Assembly: GCA_951406725.2 (NCBI GenBank)
Contig: OX597820.1
Coordinates: 62,434,001-62,498,000, forward strand
From: Octopus vulgaris
Lineage: Eukaryota
Direction: 5' to 3'
Length of the DNA: 64,000 bases
Positions 11,673-26,142 of the stretch are shown piece after piece (the first letter of the stretch is position 1; each line of letters opens with the position of its first letter). A program made the translations under genes and the position numbers. The notes under the pieces were generated by a model. It saw nothing but the letters and a program-made list of their open reading frames with translations, ran no database searches and was not told the origin of the DNA.

Positions 11673-14405
11673 GCCATTTATGTCCATGATTCATTCTCAA
11701 CAGAAGCCATGAACATATTTTCGAATGGATACTGCGAAGCAGTCGCTGTATTCAGTCAAACCAACAACTTAATAGTAGTTGGGCTCTACAGACCACCCCA
11801 AACGCCCCTACCATGCTTCAAGGAATGCCTCAACAGCATAAAGTGTTTCATTCAGCAGTGTCAACCTGACAACATTTTAATGATGGGAGATTTCAACCTT
11901 CCCGGGGTTGACTGGTCTACAAACAGTCTGCCGCCAGGTTCTTCTCTCTCAACCCCTGACAGGGAGGCAGTGGAATCGCTTCTTGACTTCATGGATGACT
12001 TCTTCTTGTCCCAACTGGTACTCGAACCAACGAGATGTCACAAAAACGTCTTAGACTTAATTTTCAGCAATCACACTGATACTATCCACAATATTGCAGT
12101 GGAGAAAACCCTACTCTCCGACCATGACATGGTTCTCTGTGATCTGAGATTTCACTGGCCAAAATGCAAAACAAATGTCATCCCTCCTGTTCATCCATTT
12201 GACACTATGGATTTCCACAATGCAAACTGGGAAGCGATCAATAATGATCTTGCACAAGTCGATTGGTCCTTCACGCACACATACACACCCACTAACATCA
12301 AAAAGTCCTGGCAGTCACTTGTAGACACCATCACGAACATATGTGCAAGACACACCCCATTAAGATCTGCAAACAAATCTAAGTGTCGAATCCCTAGAAA
12401 TAGAAAATCTCTCATAAGGAAAATTAAAAGAATCAACAAAAAGATCAACATGCTGAAATACTGTCAACAGCAACACACCAACCTGACTGCCATCTCGTCG
12501 CTAGAGATTAAAAAACATAAACTCCAAAACAACATGATGTCTATCATCAATAGTCAGCGAAGAGCTGAAGAGGCCTGGGCCATTGAGAAGATCAAACTCA
12601 ATCCCAAAGTGTTCTTTTCATTTGCAAAAAAACACAGAGTCACTGGTTCTACTGTTGGCCCTCTGATTGATGAAAATGGTATTCTTCAAGACAATGCCAA
12701 AACCATGGGAGAAATATTGCAGAAACAATATTGCTCTGTTTTCAGCAATCCTGATATGACTGATCTGGGCTGTATCAGTGATGTTACTCCCCAATACACT
12801 TTATCGGACATAACATTTGGCGCTCCTGATGTCTTAGCAGCAATAAAGGAAATGAAGCATAATTCAGCAGTAGGTCCCGATAGGTTCCCTGCTTGTGTCT
12901 TGAAGATGTGTCAAAACCAACTTGCACCCCCTCTAGCCAATCTGTGGCGGAACTCATTGGATGCTGGATATATACCAGAAGACCTTCTATCCCAGTCTGT
13001 TGTCCCAGTTTTCAAAAAAGGAAACAAATCGCTTGCCGTGAATTACCGTCCAATCTCACTCACCTCTCATATCATCAAGGTATTTGAGAGGGTGCTGAGA
13101 TCGCGTATGACTCACTTCCTTGAGAGTCATAATATGCTGAACCCCAACCAGCATGGATTCCGTAATGGGAGAGATTGCCTGACGCAGCTACTGCATCATT
13201 TTGATGACATTTTGAGAGCCTTGGGAGAGGGTTCCAACACTGATGTCATCTACCTTGATTTCAGCAAGGCCTTTGACAGGGTTGATCATAAGATCCTTCT
13301 GAGAAAGCTGTCCAATATTGGTGTCACTGGAAAGCTGCTGCAATGGATCAAGTGCTTCCTCTCTAACAGAACCCAACATGTTGTAGTCGAAGGAGTCAAA
13401 TCCAGCCCAGCCAAAGTCAGCAGTGGTGTCCCACAAGGCACTGTGTTGGGCCCACTTCTCTTCATCATCTACATAAATGATATTACTGACACCATCAAAC
13501 ACAGCAACATCAGAACCTTCGCTGATGATTCCAAGCTCCAGAAGGTCATCAATGGCGTGGATGACCGAATAAACCTTCAGTCAGACCTACTAGCTGTTGT
13601 CCAATGGGCGGAAAAGAATAACATGTTGCTAAATGAAGACAAATTCGAACTGATCCACTTTGGAAGGGAGGACGCTCTGAAACTCCCATACTCTCTTCCT
13701 TCTGGAGAAATTCTCATGGCATCCAACAACATCAGAGACCTGGGAGTAACAGTGGACAACAACATAAGCTGGGCTACACATATAAGCAGCAAAGTTGACA
13801 TGGCCCGCAGAATGTGTTCCTGGATTCTCAGAACCTTCCAGTCGAGAGATTCCCACGCTATTATCCTTCTCTTCTCCACTTTTGCCCGACCCCACCTTGA
13901 ATACTGCTGTCCACTGTGGTCTCCCTACACAAAACAAAATATTATGAGAATTGAAGCTCCCCAAAGGTCAATCACAAAAAAGATAGATGGCATGTCAGAC
14001 CTTGACTACTGGGGTAGACTAGAGAAGCTGAAATTGTATTCACTCCAACGACGCCGTGAACGCTACATTATCTGTATGATGTGGAAAATATTCCATCAGC
14101 ACTGTCCGAATGATGTTGGCATCACCTTCAAAATGCATCCAAGGCTTGGACCACGTGCCATCCGTCCACAACAAAAATCTAAATCGCATCACATAACGAC
14201 AATACGGCACAACTATTTCACCTCAATTGGACCCGCTCTCTTCAACATTACACCAGGACACGTCAAAAAAGAAACTGACCACACAAAATTCAAGAAGTCT
14301 TTGGACAAATTCCTTCAAACAGTACCGGACAAACCATCCACACCCGGATATGTCTCCGCAAACAATAACTCTCTGCTCGAATGGGCCTTGGTGCCCAAAT
14401 CCTGA
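11673..14405 (+). CDS. LINE ORF2: partial AP-endonuclease + complete reverse transcriptase
   Basis: AIYVHD, YRPP, GDFN, LDL, SDH (APE); [39 protein letters not shown] (RT). First in-frame ATG at 11709. No stops or frameshifts. Confidence 0.92.
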   Translation, partial: AIYVHDSFSTEAMNIFSNGYCEAVAVFSQTNNLIVVGLYRPPQTPLPCFKECLNSIKCFIQQCQPDNILMMGDFNLPGVDWSTNSLPPGSSLSTPDREAVESLLDFMDDFFLSQLVLEPTRCHKNVLDLIFSNHTDTIHNIAVEKTLLSDHDMVLCDLRFHWPKCKTNVIPPVHPFDTMDFHNANWEAINNDLAQVDWSFTHTYTPTNIKKSWQSLVDTITNICARHTPLRSANKSKCRIPRNRKSLIRKIKRINKKINMLKYCQQQHTNLTAISSLEIKKHKLQNNMMSIINSQRRAEEAWAIEKIKLNPKVFFSFAKKHRVTGSTVGPLIDENGILQDNAKTMGEILQKQYCSVFSNPDMTDLGCISDVTPQYTLSDITFGAPDVLAAIKEMKHNSAVGPDRFPACVLKMCQNQLAPPLANLWRNSLDAGYIPEDLLSQSVVPVFKKGNKSLAVNYRPISLTSHIIKVFERVLRSRMTHFLESHNMLNPNQHGFRNGRDCLTQLLHHFDDILRALGEGSNTDVIYLDFSKAFDRVDHKILLRKLSNIGVTGKLLQWIKCFLSNRTQHVVVEGVKSSPAKVSSGVPQGTVLGPLLFIIYINDITDTIKHSNIRTFADDSKLQKVINGVDDRINLQSDLLAVVQWAEKNNMLLNEDKFELIHFGREDALKLPYSLPSGEILMASNNIRDLGVTVDNNISWATHISSKVDMARRMCSWILRTFQSRDSHAIILLFSTFARPHLEYCCPLWSPYTKQNIMRIEAPQRSITKKIDGMSDLDYWGRLEKLKLYSLQRRRERYIICMMWKIFHQHCPNDVGITFKMHPRLGPRAIRPQQKSKSHHITTIRHNYFTSIGPALFNITPGHVKKETDHTKFKKSLDKFLQTVPDKPSTPGYVSANNNSLLEWALVPKS

Positions 14406-14503
14406 ACTGAAAGACTTCGCCAGGTGGTGCTATTAAGTTAGACATGGCCTGGGCCAATACTGGCCAAAAACCTTTCTAAGTTATTCTAAGTTATTCTAAG
14501 TTA
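11673..14503 (+). mobile_element. CR1/L2-group LINE, copy 1 (5'-truncated within the APE domain)
   Basis: Open ORF to 14405, short structured 3'UTR, tail (ttctaagtta)x3; inserted in (TA)n. Confidence 0.92.
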
Positions 14504-15217
<714 letters not shown>

Positions 15218-17434
15218 CCAGCCCACCCATTTGACAACATGGATCTCCATAAAGCCAACTGGGATGCAATCAGGAACGAGCTATCAAATGTTGACTGGTC
15301 CTTTACACATACACACATCTCCACCAACCATAAAACATCTTGGCAGATCTTTGTAGACACCGTCACAGACATATGTGCAAAACACTCCCCACCAAGACCT
15401 GTGAACAAAAAGTGCAGAATCCCCCAAAACAGAAAAACCATTATCAGAAAAATAAAAAGAACAAACAAAAAAATTAACAAACTAAAGTACTGCCAACAGC
15501 AACACACACATTCGACGGCTATCGCACTGCTTGAATCCAAAAAATATAACCTCCAACAATGCATGAAGTCCCTCATCAATAACCAAAGATCAGCTGAGGA
15601 GAAGTGGGCCATTGAAAAAATCAAACTCAACCCCAAAGTGTTCTTTTCATTTGCGAGGAAACGCAGGGTCACTGTCTCCACTGTAGGCCCTCTAATTGAC
15701 GAAACTGGCACTCTCCAAGATAATGCCAAATCCATGGCCGAGATACTGCAGAAACAATACTGCTCTGTTTTCAGCAATCCTGATATGGCCGATCTGGGCT
15801 GTATCAGTGATGTCAACCCCCAACACACTATATCGGACATAACGTTTAGTGCCCCTGATGTCTTAGCGGCGATAAACGAAATAAAACACAATTCAGCAGT
15901 AGGCCCCGATAGGTTCCCTGCTTGTGTCCTGAAGGTGTGTCGACACCAACTTGCATCTCCCCTTGCTAATCTGTGGAGAAACTCACTGGATGCTGGCTAT
16001 ATTCCAAAAAACCTTCTGTCCCAGTCTGTTGTCCCAGTTTTCAAAAAGGGAAACAAGTCCCTTGCAGTGAATTACCGTCCGATCTCACTCACCTCTCATA
16101 TCATCAAGGTATTTGAGAGGGTGGTGAGATCTCAAATAACCCAATTTCTGGAAAGCAACAGACGGCTGATCTCCAACCAACATGGGTTCCGTAATGGAAG
16201 GGACTGCCTAACGCAGCTCCTGCATCACTTTGAGGACATTTTGAGAGCTTTGGGAGAGGGCTCCAACACCGATGTCATCTACCTTGATTTCAGTAAGGCC
16301 TTCGACAGGGTCGATCACAAGATCCTATTGAAAAAACTATCCAACATTGGTGTCTCTGGAAAGTTACTGAAATGGATTAAGTGTTTCCTGACAGACAGAT
16401 CTCAACATGTTGTAGTTGAAGGGGTAAAATCAAGCCCAGCCAAAGTCAGTAGTGGCGTTCCGCAAGGCACTGTGCTGGGCCCACTTCTTTTCATCATTTA
16501 CATTAATGACATTAATGACATCATCAAGCACAGCAACATAAAAATCTTTGCAGATGACTCCAAGCTACAGAAGGTCATAAATGAGGCGAGTGACCGGACA
16601 TGCCTTCAGTCAGATCTACTGGCTGTTATCCAATGGGCAGAAAAAAACAATATGCTGCTGAACGAGGATAAATTTGAGCTAATCCACTTTGGAAAAGAGG
16701 ATGCCCTGAAACTCCCATACTCCCTTCCTTCAGGTGAAACTCTCGCGGCGTCCAACAACATCAGAGACTTGGGAGTAATTGTGGACAACAACGTAAGCTG
16801 GGCCACTCATATAAACACCAAAGTTGACATGGCCCGCAGAATGTGTTCCTGGATTCTCAGAACTTTCCAGTCGAGAGATATCCACACCATTATCCTTCTC
16901 TTCTCCACTTTTGCCCGACCCCACCTTGAATACTGTTGTCCACTGTGGTCTCCCCACACAATACAAGGTATCAAAAAAGTCGAAGCACCTCAAAGGGCAA
17001 TCACAAAAAAGATAGATGGCATGACAGGCCTCGACTATTGGGGTCGACTAGAAAAGCTAAAACTCTATTCTCTCCAACGTCGTCGTGAGCGCTACATCAT
17101 CTGCATGATGTGGAAAATATTCCATCAGCATTGCCCAAATGATGTTGGCATCACCTTTAAGGTACATCCAAGGCTTGGGCCCCGTGCCATCCGCCCAAAA
17201 CAAAAATCGCACTCTCATCTCATAACAACAATACGGCACAATTATTTCACCTCAATTGGCCCCGCTCTCTTTAACATTACACCAAAACACATTAAAACAG
17301 AAACTGACCCTATAGGGTTCAAGAAGTCTTTGGACAGATTCCTTCAAGAAATCCCGGATAAACCCCCTACACCCGGATATGTCTCTGTAAACAATAACTC
17401 TCTACTTGAGTGGGCCATAGTGCCCAAATTCTGA
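15218..17434 (+). CDS. LINE ORF2 fragment: complete reverse transcriptase domain
   Basis: PAHPFDNMD...NYRPISLTS...DFSKAFD...SGVPQG...FADD...[13 protein letters not shown]. Frame uninterrupted. Confidence 0.9.
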   Translation, partial: PAHPFDNMDLHKANWDAIRNELSNVDWSFTHTHISTNHKTSWQIFVDTVTDICAKHSPPRPVNKKCRIPQNRKTIIRKIKRTNKKINKLKYCQQQHTHSTAIALLESKKYNLQQCMKSLINNQRSAEEKWAIEKIKLNPKVFFSFARKRRVTVSTVGPLIDETGTLQDNAKSMAEILQKQYCSVFSNPDMADLGCISDVNPQHTISDITFSAPDVLAAINEIKHNSAVGPDRFPACVLKVCRHQLASPLANLWRNSLDAGYIPKNLLSQSVVPVFKKGNKSLAVNYRPISLTSHIIKVFERVVRSQITQFLESNRRLISNQHGFRNGRDCLTQLLHHFEDILRALGEGSNTDVIYLDFSKAFDRVDHKILLKKLSNIGVSGKLLKWIKCFLTDRSQHVVVEGVKSSPAKVSSGVPQGTVLGPLLFIIYINDINDIIKHSNIKIFADDSKLQKVINEASDRTCLQSDLLAVIQWAEKNNMLLNEDKFELIHFGKEDALKLPYSLPSGETLAASNNIRDLGVIVDNNVSWATHINTKVDMARRMCSWILRTFQSRDIHTIILLFSTFARPHLEYCCPLWSPHTIQGIKKVEAPQRAITKKIDGMTGLDYWGRLEKLKLYSLQRRRERYIICMMWKIFHQHCPNDVGITFKVHPRLGPRAIRPKQKSHSHLITTIRHNYFTSIGPALFNITPKHIKTETDPIGFKKSLDRFLQEIPDKPPTPGYVSVNNNSLLEWAIVPKF

Positions 17435-17526
17435 CTTGAAAGACTTCACCAGGTGGTGCTATTAAGTTAGACATGGCCTGGGCCAATAATGGCCGAAACC
17501 TATCAAAGTATCAAAGTATCAAAGTA
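15218..17526 (+). mobile_element. CR1/L2-group LINE, copy 2 (related subfamily, truncated after APE)
   Basis: Colinear with 12184-14472. Tail (tatcaaag)x3; inserted in (TA)n. Confidence 0.92.
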
Positions 17527-17566
17527 TATCTATATATATATATATGTATATCTATATATATATATA

Positions 17567-17661
<95 letters not shown>

Positions 17662-17684
17662 CTATATATATATATATATATATC

Positions 17685-17723
<39 letters not shown>

Positions 17724-17821
17724 GCATATCTATATACATATATATATACACACACACACATGTATACATGTATGTTAAGTACATGTATGTATGTATATAT
17801 GTATGTAAGTGCATGTATGTT

Positions 17822-20700
17822 CCCTTCTGTTTTTAATTATTTGAAATCTTACTCGCAGGGATTTGCTTTTTTTCTAGCAAAGATACCTAGCTCTCTGTTT
17901 GGTATATAGATAACAAAGCAAATTCATTTGAGAGAAGTCTTGCATAATCTTTCTGGTCATCTTACAGAGTCAATTTTAATGTACCTATGACCTGGTTGTT
18001 TTCTTTTACTGAAAACCCTAGTTTATCCACATTGTGACTTAGGCACTTACTCACGATGTACACTGATTATTATTGCTCTAAATGTGAATTTATATTTTGG
18101 ATATAGTAGCTAGAAGTTTCGAAGCAGTTTTTCGTAGTTATCCTCTTTCTCCTTGATTTCCGAGAGATTCTGATCATCAGGGCAGCTGACCTCTATGACA
18201 CTACACACATCTTCTTGTCTTTCCGAAACAACAAATCTCTGTTGGTCATGCTTACACGTGGCAGGGAACGTTCCACTAATATTCTTTGAGGTGACATTTG
18301 TGTACGTACTCATTATTAAGTACATACTCTATATTTATTACAAGGTAGTCTTTTTTGAAATTATACTTATATTGTTTTAGCGATGATATCGCGTTGCATC
18401 GTGAGATACTTCCTTGATAACGTGTTGGGGCAGCTTCTTTTCCTACGTGTGATATCTTCGACAGAAGTATGATATTGTCTACATTATCGCTTGCCTGTTG
18501 GAGCTCTAAAGGCTTCTGTTTCTCTATTTTCCCGTAGGTATTTGAGAGCAAATTCTTGCTCGTGGATTGCAAATGCATAGACTTCAAATTGTGATGTGAT
18601 GTAGCGAGCACGATTTCATGTTAATGTTACTGTTTTCTTGAAGGCAGCGCGCTGGGAGAAGCGTTACCACCCCAGGAAAAAATGCTTAGCGGAATTTTGT
18701 CCGTCTTTATGTTCTGATTACAAATTCCCGTGTGGCCGATTTTACCATTCATCCTTTAGACTTACCCACTCCTCAGAAATTCCTGGGCTTGTGCCAACAT
18801 TTGAGACTGATATTATTCTGTTCTTCACATTTTCGAGAAACCTACATATTCATGGTCCTTTTGATTGTATGCTGAGAATTTCACAATCAATTCTTCTTTG
18901 AGGTATGGTAGTCCGGCTGTTTAGGAGTTGTATGGGAAGTTATCAGGAAGAGAGTACTTCCTGGGGAATTCTCTACCAACAGGGCTAAGTACATATTTTC
19001 CTGCTGTTGTTTAGCTGGTGCTGTCTCAGAGTGACTATACTAAATTAAAAGGCTGTCTGCACTGATCTCAAGCCTATACCTCTTTCATCACTCTTGAGGT
19101 AGAGACTCGTTATTACCGTTATTACTGTTCCTACAGAATTTTCCTGTCGGTGTCAGGATCTTGCAAATTTTGATATCTATGTAATAGATTTCGTTTGCAG
19201 GCCAGTCAACTATCTAAATGTTAGCATCAGCGCTAGTACTGTAAATGCATTGTCCTGTAAGAGGAAAGTTCCGACTGGTGTAATATTTTCGAGTCCCTGC
19301 GTCTTTATTCACAGCACTTTCAAATGATACGTTTTATCATTGCCTATGTATTTGTGGCATTCTTTCTGGGGGACAGGAGAGATAGTGTGGCCATTGATGC
19401 ACAGGTTTGGGTCTAGTCGACTGATTTTCCACGTTCAACAATCAAAGACAAACATTTTTTTAGTAAAATTCCATCCCTATGTCAGATGAGAATGTTAACA
19501 TTGGCTGGATTTTTTGGAGTGCAAACATTTTAACCATAAATTTTCAAGTTATCCTCAAAGAAATACTGGGCTGCATTTTATATCTCTAGTACTTGCAGAC
19601 CCCTAGCATGAAGCTATGTGATTTGTGTAGCAGGGATGACAATGGATTTACTTACAACATAAACAGAATTAGAGAAAAGCAATCTCGTTTGAATATTTAT
19701 AGCATTGGAAACAGTACAACGTTTTTGAACACAAAATGACCACGAAGAAATTGCTTGGGGCAGCTTGTGTACGTAATGTTTAGACAAGCAATGGCCACCA
19801 ACACAGTGGTTTCCTTCTTGGCTAGAAGATTTGCCAACTTAGTATAAAAATATATCAATTTGACCTGTAGACCCTTTGCTTATGAATATGAAAAATGTTC
19901 AGTTAAATGTCAGTGTCTTATACCAATATTCAACCATTAGGTCCCTTCCATGTGCCTTCCCTTTAAGTAGTTTTTCTATAGCTATAGTGAAAGTCACCGT
20001 ATCAGTTGTTTATGTTTTACTGTTGATGTTGTATTGTTTTTTTCCTAAATGTCTTTAGCTGTAATGCTTTCAAATTGAAATCTATTTTTATTCCAGATTT
20101 TAGACCAGAAAGATTCAGGGTTTTCACGAAAGGAGTGTTTCCGAGCTATAAGGATTTCTTTCCTCATGATTTCGTAAGGTATAACGCCTGTGGATTCGAA
20201 GCAAACTCGTGATTTACATAGGTCAGTTCAAACATTCGTAGTTCTTCGCTCACCCGTCTTCTGTTTGTGTTTTCGAGTAATTAGATTTCGCTCAAGAGCT
20301 TCGTGTAAAGAGTCATCATAGAGTTTTGTTAATTATTCATAAAATGTAATTGGTGAGGTGTAAATTCATTAAACCCTTTATATCTTATTATCGTGGTTAA
20401 TCATCCAATATGCCAACATAGATTGTTGATGTTCTCTTCAAGATTTGCTTTCCATGCAATTGCTTCCGTTTAGTAATTTCCTTACCATATGCACAGCAGA
20501 ATTCTCCTTGGTGTTCAAAGTGAGAGATAACAGCTGTGTATATTAGAGTATTAATATTCCAGTAATGAACATCGCATGCTTCCATGTGCTCTCCACAGAC
20601 ATCATCAATAACTTTCCATATAAAAGCAATTGGATATTTCGCTCAAACTTGTTGAGAATGGCCTGTCGCTCAACGGTCGTTTCGGAAAACTAGAAAAAGT
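17822..20700 (-). mobile_element. Heavily decayed RLE-type (R4/Dong-like) LINE
   Basis: Minus-strand remnants in the correct order: PESFWSKIWN (~20100), IACLNITY (~19780), FFEDNLKIYG (~19550, decayed xxDD), VIEVSCPDDQNLSEIKEKEDNY (~18170), LCKTSLK (~17940). Boundaries approximate. Confidence 0.7.
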
Positions 20701-21007
20701 TTGTTTTTTTAAATACTAAATGTGGTTTCAAGATGTCGTTGAGTTGGATATATTCAATATTCGACACTCCTGACTCAGGTACATTTTGAAGACATGAAAA
20801 TCCAGTGATGACTAATGATAGTGGTTTGTTTATACCAATTTTTTTTTATCTCTGGCAGATTTTGTCCAGTTCTGAGAAGATTGATCATCATCACAAAAGT
20901 AAGGTAATTTTTCAAAGAAAGATGCTTGTTACCGAAACCATTTCACCGTTAAGGTGTTTAAGTTGGGGTGAGGCCATCACAGTATTATGTATGTATGTAT
21001 GCATGAC

Positions 21008-21391
21008 ATTATTCAGTTTTATTTCAAGATTTCTGGCAAATAGAGAAAGTACCGTATTGTAACCTAGATCTACGACTCCTTCATTGGAATTTCAACATCA
21101 ACAACAAAGTATTTTTGTACGTGTGCATGTATGTATATATGTGTGCATGTATTTATGTATGTATATTTACGAGCAGATTTTATATTTTGTTTTACGTATG
21201 TCTTCTCATGCACATACTTGAATATCTAGACATGCCCATATATACTTAAATTATAAACATCTGGAAAGTTTTACAGATTTTTACAGTTCCTGTGATGGTT
21301 TGGATCTGTAGTCTTCCGATCAGCTTTATCCTTTCTGGTTTTGAGAATCTAAATTTCTCAAGGCAATGTGTTACATATCCCAGTTCCCCAG
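21008..21391 (-). mobile_element. 3' end of a related RLE-type LINE in a (TGTA)n tract
   Basis: GELGYVTHCL...RLQIQTITGTVKICKTF* followed by a 3'UTR ending gaaataaaactgaataa. (TGTA)n on both sides. Confidence 0.75.
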
Positions 21392-21944
21392 TGTATGTAT
21401 GTATGTATGTATGTATGTATGTATGTATGTATGTATGTATGTATGTATGTATGTATGTACGGATAGATGGATGAATGTATCTATGTAAGTATGTATGCAT
21501 GCATCTATGTATGTATGTCTGTATGTATTAAATATATATATATATATATCATTGTTTCCCACATGGAAATAACTAAATTTGTGTAAATAAAAGAAGCAAA
21601 AAGAAAACAATCTAGTCGTGAAAGAATTGAATAATACGGGGCGAAATTCCAAATTAATTCCGTGCGATAGTTGAATAAAACATAAATTTAATGAATTTAA
21701 GTAGTAAATGAATGTTTTTTCTCAGTATTTTATATATGTTAGTTTAATAATATTTTTTGGGGGGCCATTTTTATCTGTTTTCCTCAAATTTTTTTTTCAT
21801 TCTGCGTTTTTTATTTGGCTGATTGAAATCCTAATTTGAGATTTAAAATTGTGTTTTCAAACATTAGACGTTTGTTTAGTCGCTGGCTTCAAGGAATGTG
21901 TTTGATTTTTGTAATGAGTGATTCGGGTCAGGTGGGGCGAGAGT

Positions 21945-22020
<76 letters not shown>

Positions 22021-22246
22021 GAGTGATATAGAGAAAGGGTGGTAGGGTAGAGAATGAAATTTTTAGGGAATGCTAGAATGGGAAATACTTGTGTGTGAGA
22101 TGGGGCAAGATATGAAAGAGACATAGTAAAAAGCATAAGATGGAAATATGGGGAGAGCAATGATTTTGTAGTCTTAAATGTTTTAGAAACAGTGATGTGA
22201 GCGGAGAGAGAATTAGTGAGAGGAAGAGAGAGAGAGAGGGAGAGAG

Positions 22247-22297
<51 letters not shown>

Positions 22298-23199
22298 ATC
22301 TGTGTAAAAACATCTAATAGTAATATGGGGAATAAATTCGAAGATTTGAAGAATGAGAAGTAGGGTTAAAGGAGAGATGCACGGAGAAAGAGACGTGGGG
22401 GATAAAGAAAGGAAGGTTCAAGGTGAGAAAAAATAAAACTGAGTATTTGAAAGAAAGAGATTTTAAATAAGGAAAATAAATAAGGAGAGTACTGGAAGAA
22501 GAATCGTTGAGCGATGACCAAACGCTTTCGTACTCCTAATGATTCAAATCGTCTCAGATATACATATAAGTTTTTCTCCCTAAATTCCTGTGACAGAAAC
22601 ATATATATTACTCCTGGAAGATGTTTCAACATCCTAACAAGTAATATGCCTCCAGCTGCGCAATGGCAAATTTTTATTCTTACTTTCCACCAAAAAGATG
22701 TATAATCATTTCGTTTTGTCCCTCTTGTGTCTTCTCTTGGCAGACTAATACATCAAGCACTGACGATCTCGAGATATGAACAACTATTCTATATCATCCG
22801 GCTAATACGTTAGCTGTTTATAATTTAATCACAGCACAGGATATAAATACTCAGCGAAACATCTAGATGTCCCAGGCGACATCATGCAGCAAATATTCCA
22901 TATTTTATTGTTATGGCACATCTGAAGTAGATTATTTCAGTTCGTTTAATAGACTACGAAGAATAGTCTACTTGTTAAACTCTAGTGCATTCCAAGTGAT
23001 TCAGCTAAGTTGAACTGAAATTTTACGGCCTAGTCTCACGGCAATTTCTCTACCACCCGCCAAGCTAAAACACAGGCACACATACGCACATACGTACACA
23101 CATAAATATGTAGATAGGTGGATGGAGAGATAGATAGCCAGACAAAGATTTAAAGACGGTTTGATATGTGAGTTAGTATAATTATGTATATGCATATGT

Positions 23200-23545
<346 letters not shown>

Positions 23546-24447
23546 ATGTTATATATATAAACTCATGTTATATATATGTATGTATATGTCTGTATGTATC
23601 TACACAAACGCACAGACGCACTCAGACACACACACACACATACAGAAACACACACGCATAGGTGTATTTATGTTTACGTGAATATGTGTGTAGTTTAAGC
23701 CGATCAAGTGAGAAAAACAGGCGCTCGTATATTTGTCAATTGAACAGGTATATTCATATTTACACAATGCAGCATCATATATGGATTTTAGCCAAATTTA
23801 CCAATCGGTTTTCCAAGTATGACTTACGGGAAAATCCAATCCTGGCGTTCATCAGAATGCGTTGAATGAAAACTATGAGTGTACTATTTGTACGTTCGTA
23901 TGTATACAAACACACGCGCGCTCGCACACACACACACACATGTATATATGTATGTGTTATATGTCTGCTTGTACATACACAAAGACACACACACACACAC
24001 ACGCAGACACGCGGACACGCACACATATATCCATGTGTGTGTGTGTGTGTGTGTGTGTATTCATGTACGGATATATGTTGTATATATGCATATGTGAATG
24101 TAAGCCTTAAACAAAGGACTATAATAACAATAAACAAAATGACTGACATTCAACATTTCGTGACACTGAAAAGCAATTTCAGTATTGTCAAGCGATTTCT
24201 GCTGGAGAATATCTTCTTCATACACCGATTACCTGTAAAAATTTCTTCCGAAATTCATACTTAACGACGTATATGTCAGCATGGTGAAACTGGTTAGAAA
24301 CAGATCTCCCGTTACACAAAAGATACATCTTGCTCATAGATTATCAGTATTACTTGGGATATATACATATACATACATACATACATACATACACACACAC
24401 ACATATATATATATATATATCTTTATATAAATATAAAGATATATATA

Positions 24448-24499
<52 letters not shown>

Positions 24500-24519
24500 T
24501 AGATATAAAGATAGATATA

Positions 24520-24551
<32 letters not shown>

Positions 24552-24764
24552 CAGAGAGAGAGAGAGAGAGAGTAGAGAGATGGATAGATAGATAAGATAA
24601 GATAGATAGATAGATAGATAGATAGCGAGATGTAGATATGGGGATATATATACTTATGCACGCACACACGCACACACACATGTATTTCAAGGATAATCTT
24701 TTTGAATTTTAAAAAGATTTATGTAAAACATTTCGTTGAAAACGGAACACAAATAAATACGCAT

Positions 24765-24811
<47 letters not shown>

Positions 24812-25084
24812 CACCAACATGCTCACACATATATGATGTTTAGCCTAAGGGCGCTTTTTATGGAATCCCGTTGTTGCCCATGCAGTAGAAGTTCCCTATC
24901 CTCCACAACGATTGTTTATCTTGGGGAAAAGAAGCTAGGTGCAAACGTCGCCGTCGGCGAACTCAAAACAGAGTGACCCAGGAAAAATATCGTAGGGCTT
25001 TACCACCGATGTTCAAAAGTTTAACACAATGCGACACGTCTTCCCGTCCTTCTCTGTGTGCGGTTAGATTATGGAAATCTGTAT

Positions 25085-25350
25085 TTCTTCTTCTTCTTCT
25101 TCTTCTTCTTCTTCTTCTTCTTCTTCTTCTTCTTCTTCTTCTTCTTCTTCTTCTTCTTCTTCTTCTTCTTCTTCTTCTTCTCCTCCTCCTCCCCCTCCTT
25201 TGCTGTGCTGTTGCTTAAACCATCAAACTTTAGAACCACACATTTCTCGGCACCCATAGAGATTATTTATTCCTCCTCCTGCTACTATGAAGAAAGCACC
25301 AGTCAAATACTAAACCCTAAAATTCCAAGCCTTGTTTTTATAATAAAACA

Positions 25351-25402
<52 letters not shown>

Positions 25403-25411
25403 ATAATAATA

Positions 25412-25462
<51 letters not shown>

Positions 25463-25480
25463 GTTGTTGTTGTTGTTGTT
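25085..25480. repeat. (CTT)n and (ATT)n/(GTT)n microsatellites
   Basis: Directly visible at 25085-25190 and 25351-25480. Confidence 0.95.
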
Positions 25481-26101
25481 GCTGTCAATGATGTTGTTCT
25501 TGCTTTCGTTGTTGTTATCCTTATTATTATTTGCCCCAGGGGCAAAACAGTGCGAATATTTTAAGACTAAATCGTAAGGACAGCCGGAATTTTACATTAG
25601 TTATGGGGAAAAAAACATATAGAGAGACATATTGAAAGAGAGAAAGAGAGGCAGAGAGAGTGAGAGAGAGAGAGAGAGAGAGATAGGTACATACATATAT
25701 GTGTGCTTCCATATACATACATATGTTTATGTATGTATAGATACATACACAAACATATGTATGTTTATCTCTATGTATGTATGTATTTATGTATGTACTT
25801 GTATGTGTGTGTTTACTTGTGCGTGTATTTGTGCGTTTATTGTGTTTCCTTGGAGCTGAAACACTTCACCAATTGTTACCATGTTGCATGTAAGAGGTTA
25901 TCAGGCAGAAATGAACTTTTCAAACAACACAATGGTTTATAAATAGTTAAATTCTACATTTATGCATTGTATTGTTCCAATACACATGCTATAGATTTTT
26001 TAGACAGAATAAAGCGCAATATTTTACCTTTGACATTCGAGTAATAGTTTCCCCACCTTCTGTTGCACTTATATGTTCCTCTCTCTCTCTCTCTCTCTCT
26101 C

Positions 26102-26141
<40 letters not shown>

Positions 26142-26142
<1 letters not shown>

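Noticed and set aside
22715-22780. Possible splice acceptor and short terminal exon (ttctcttggcag|ACTAAT...TGA)
   Set aside because: Only 11 codons with no recognisable homology; such acceptors arise by chance.
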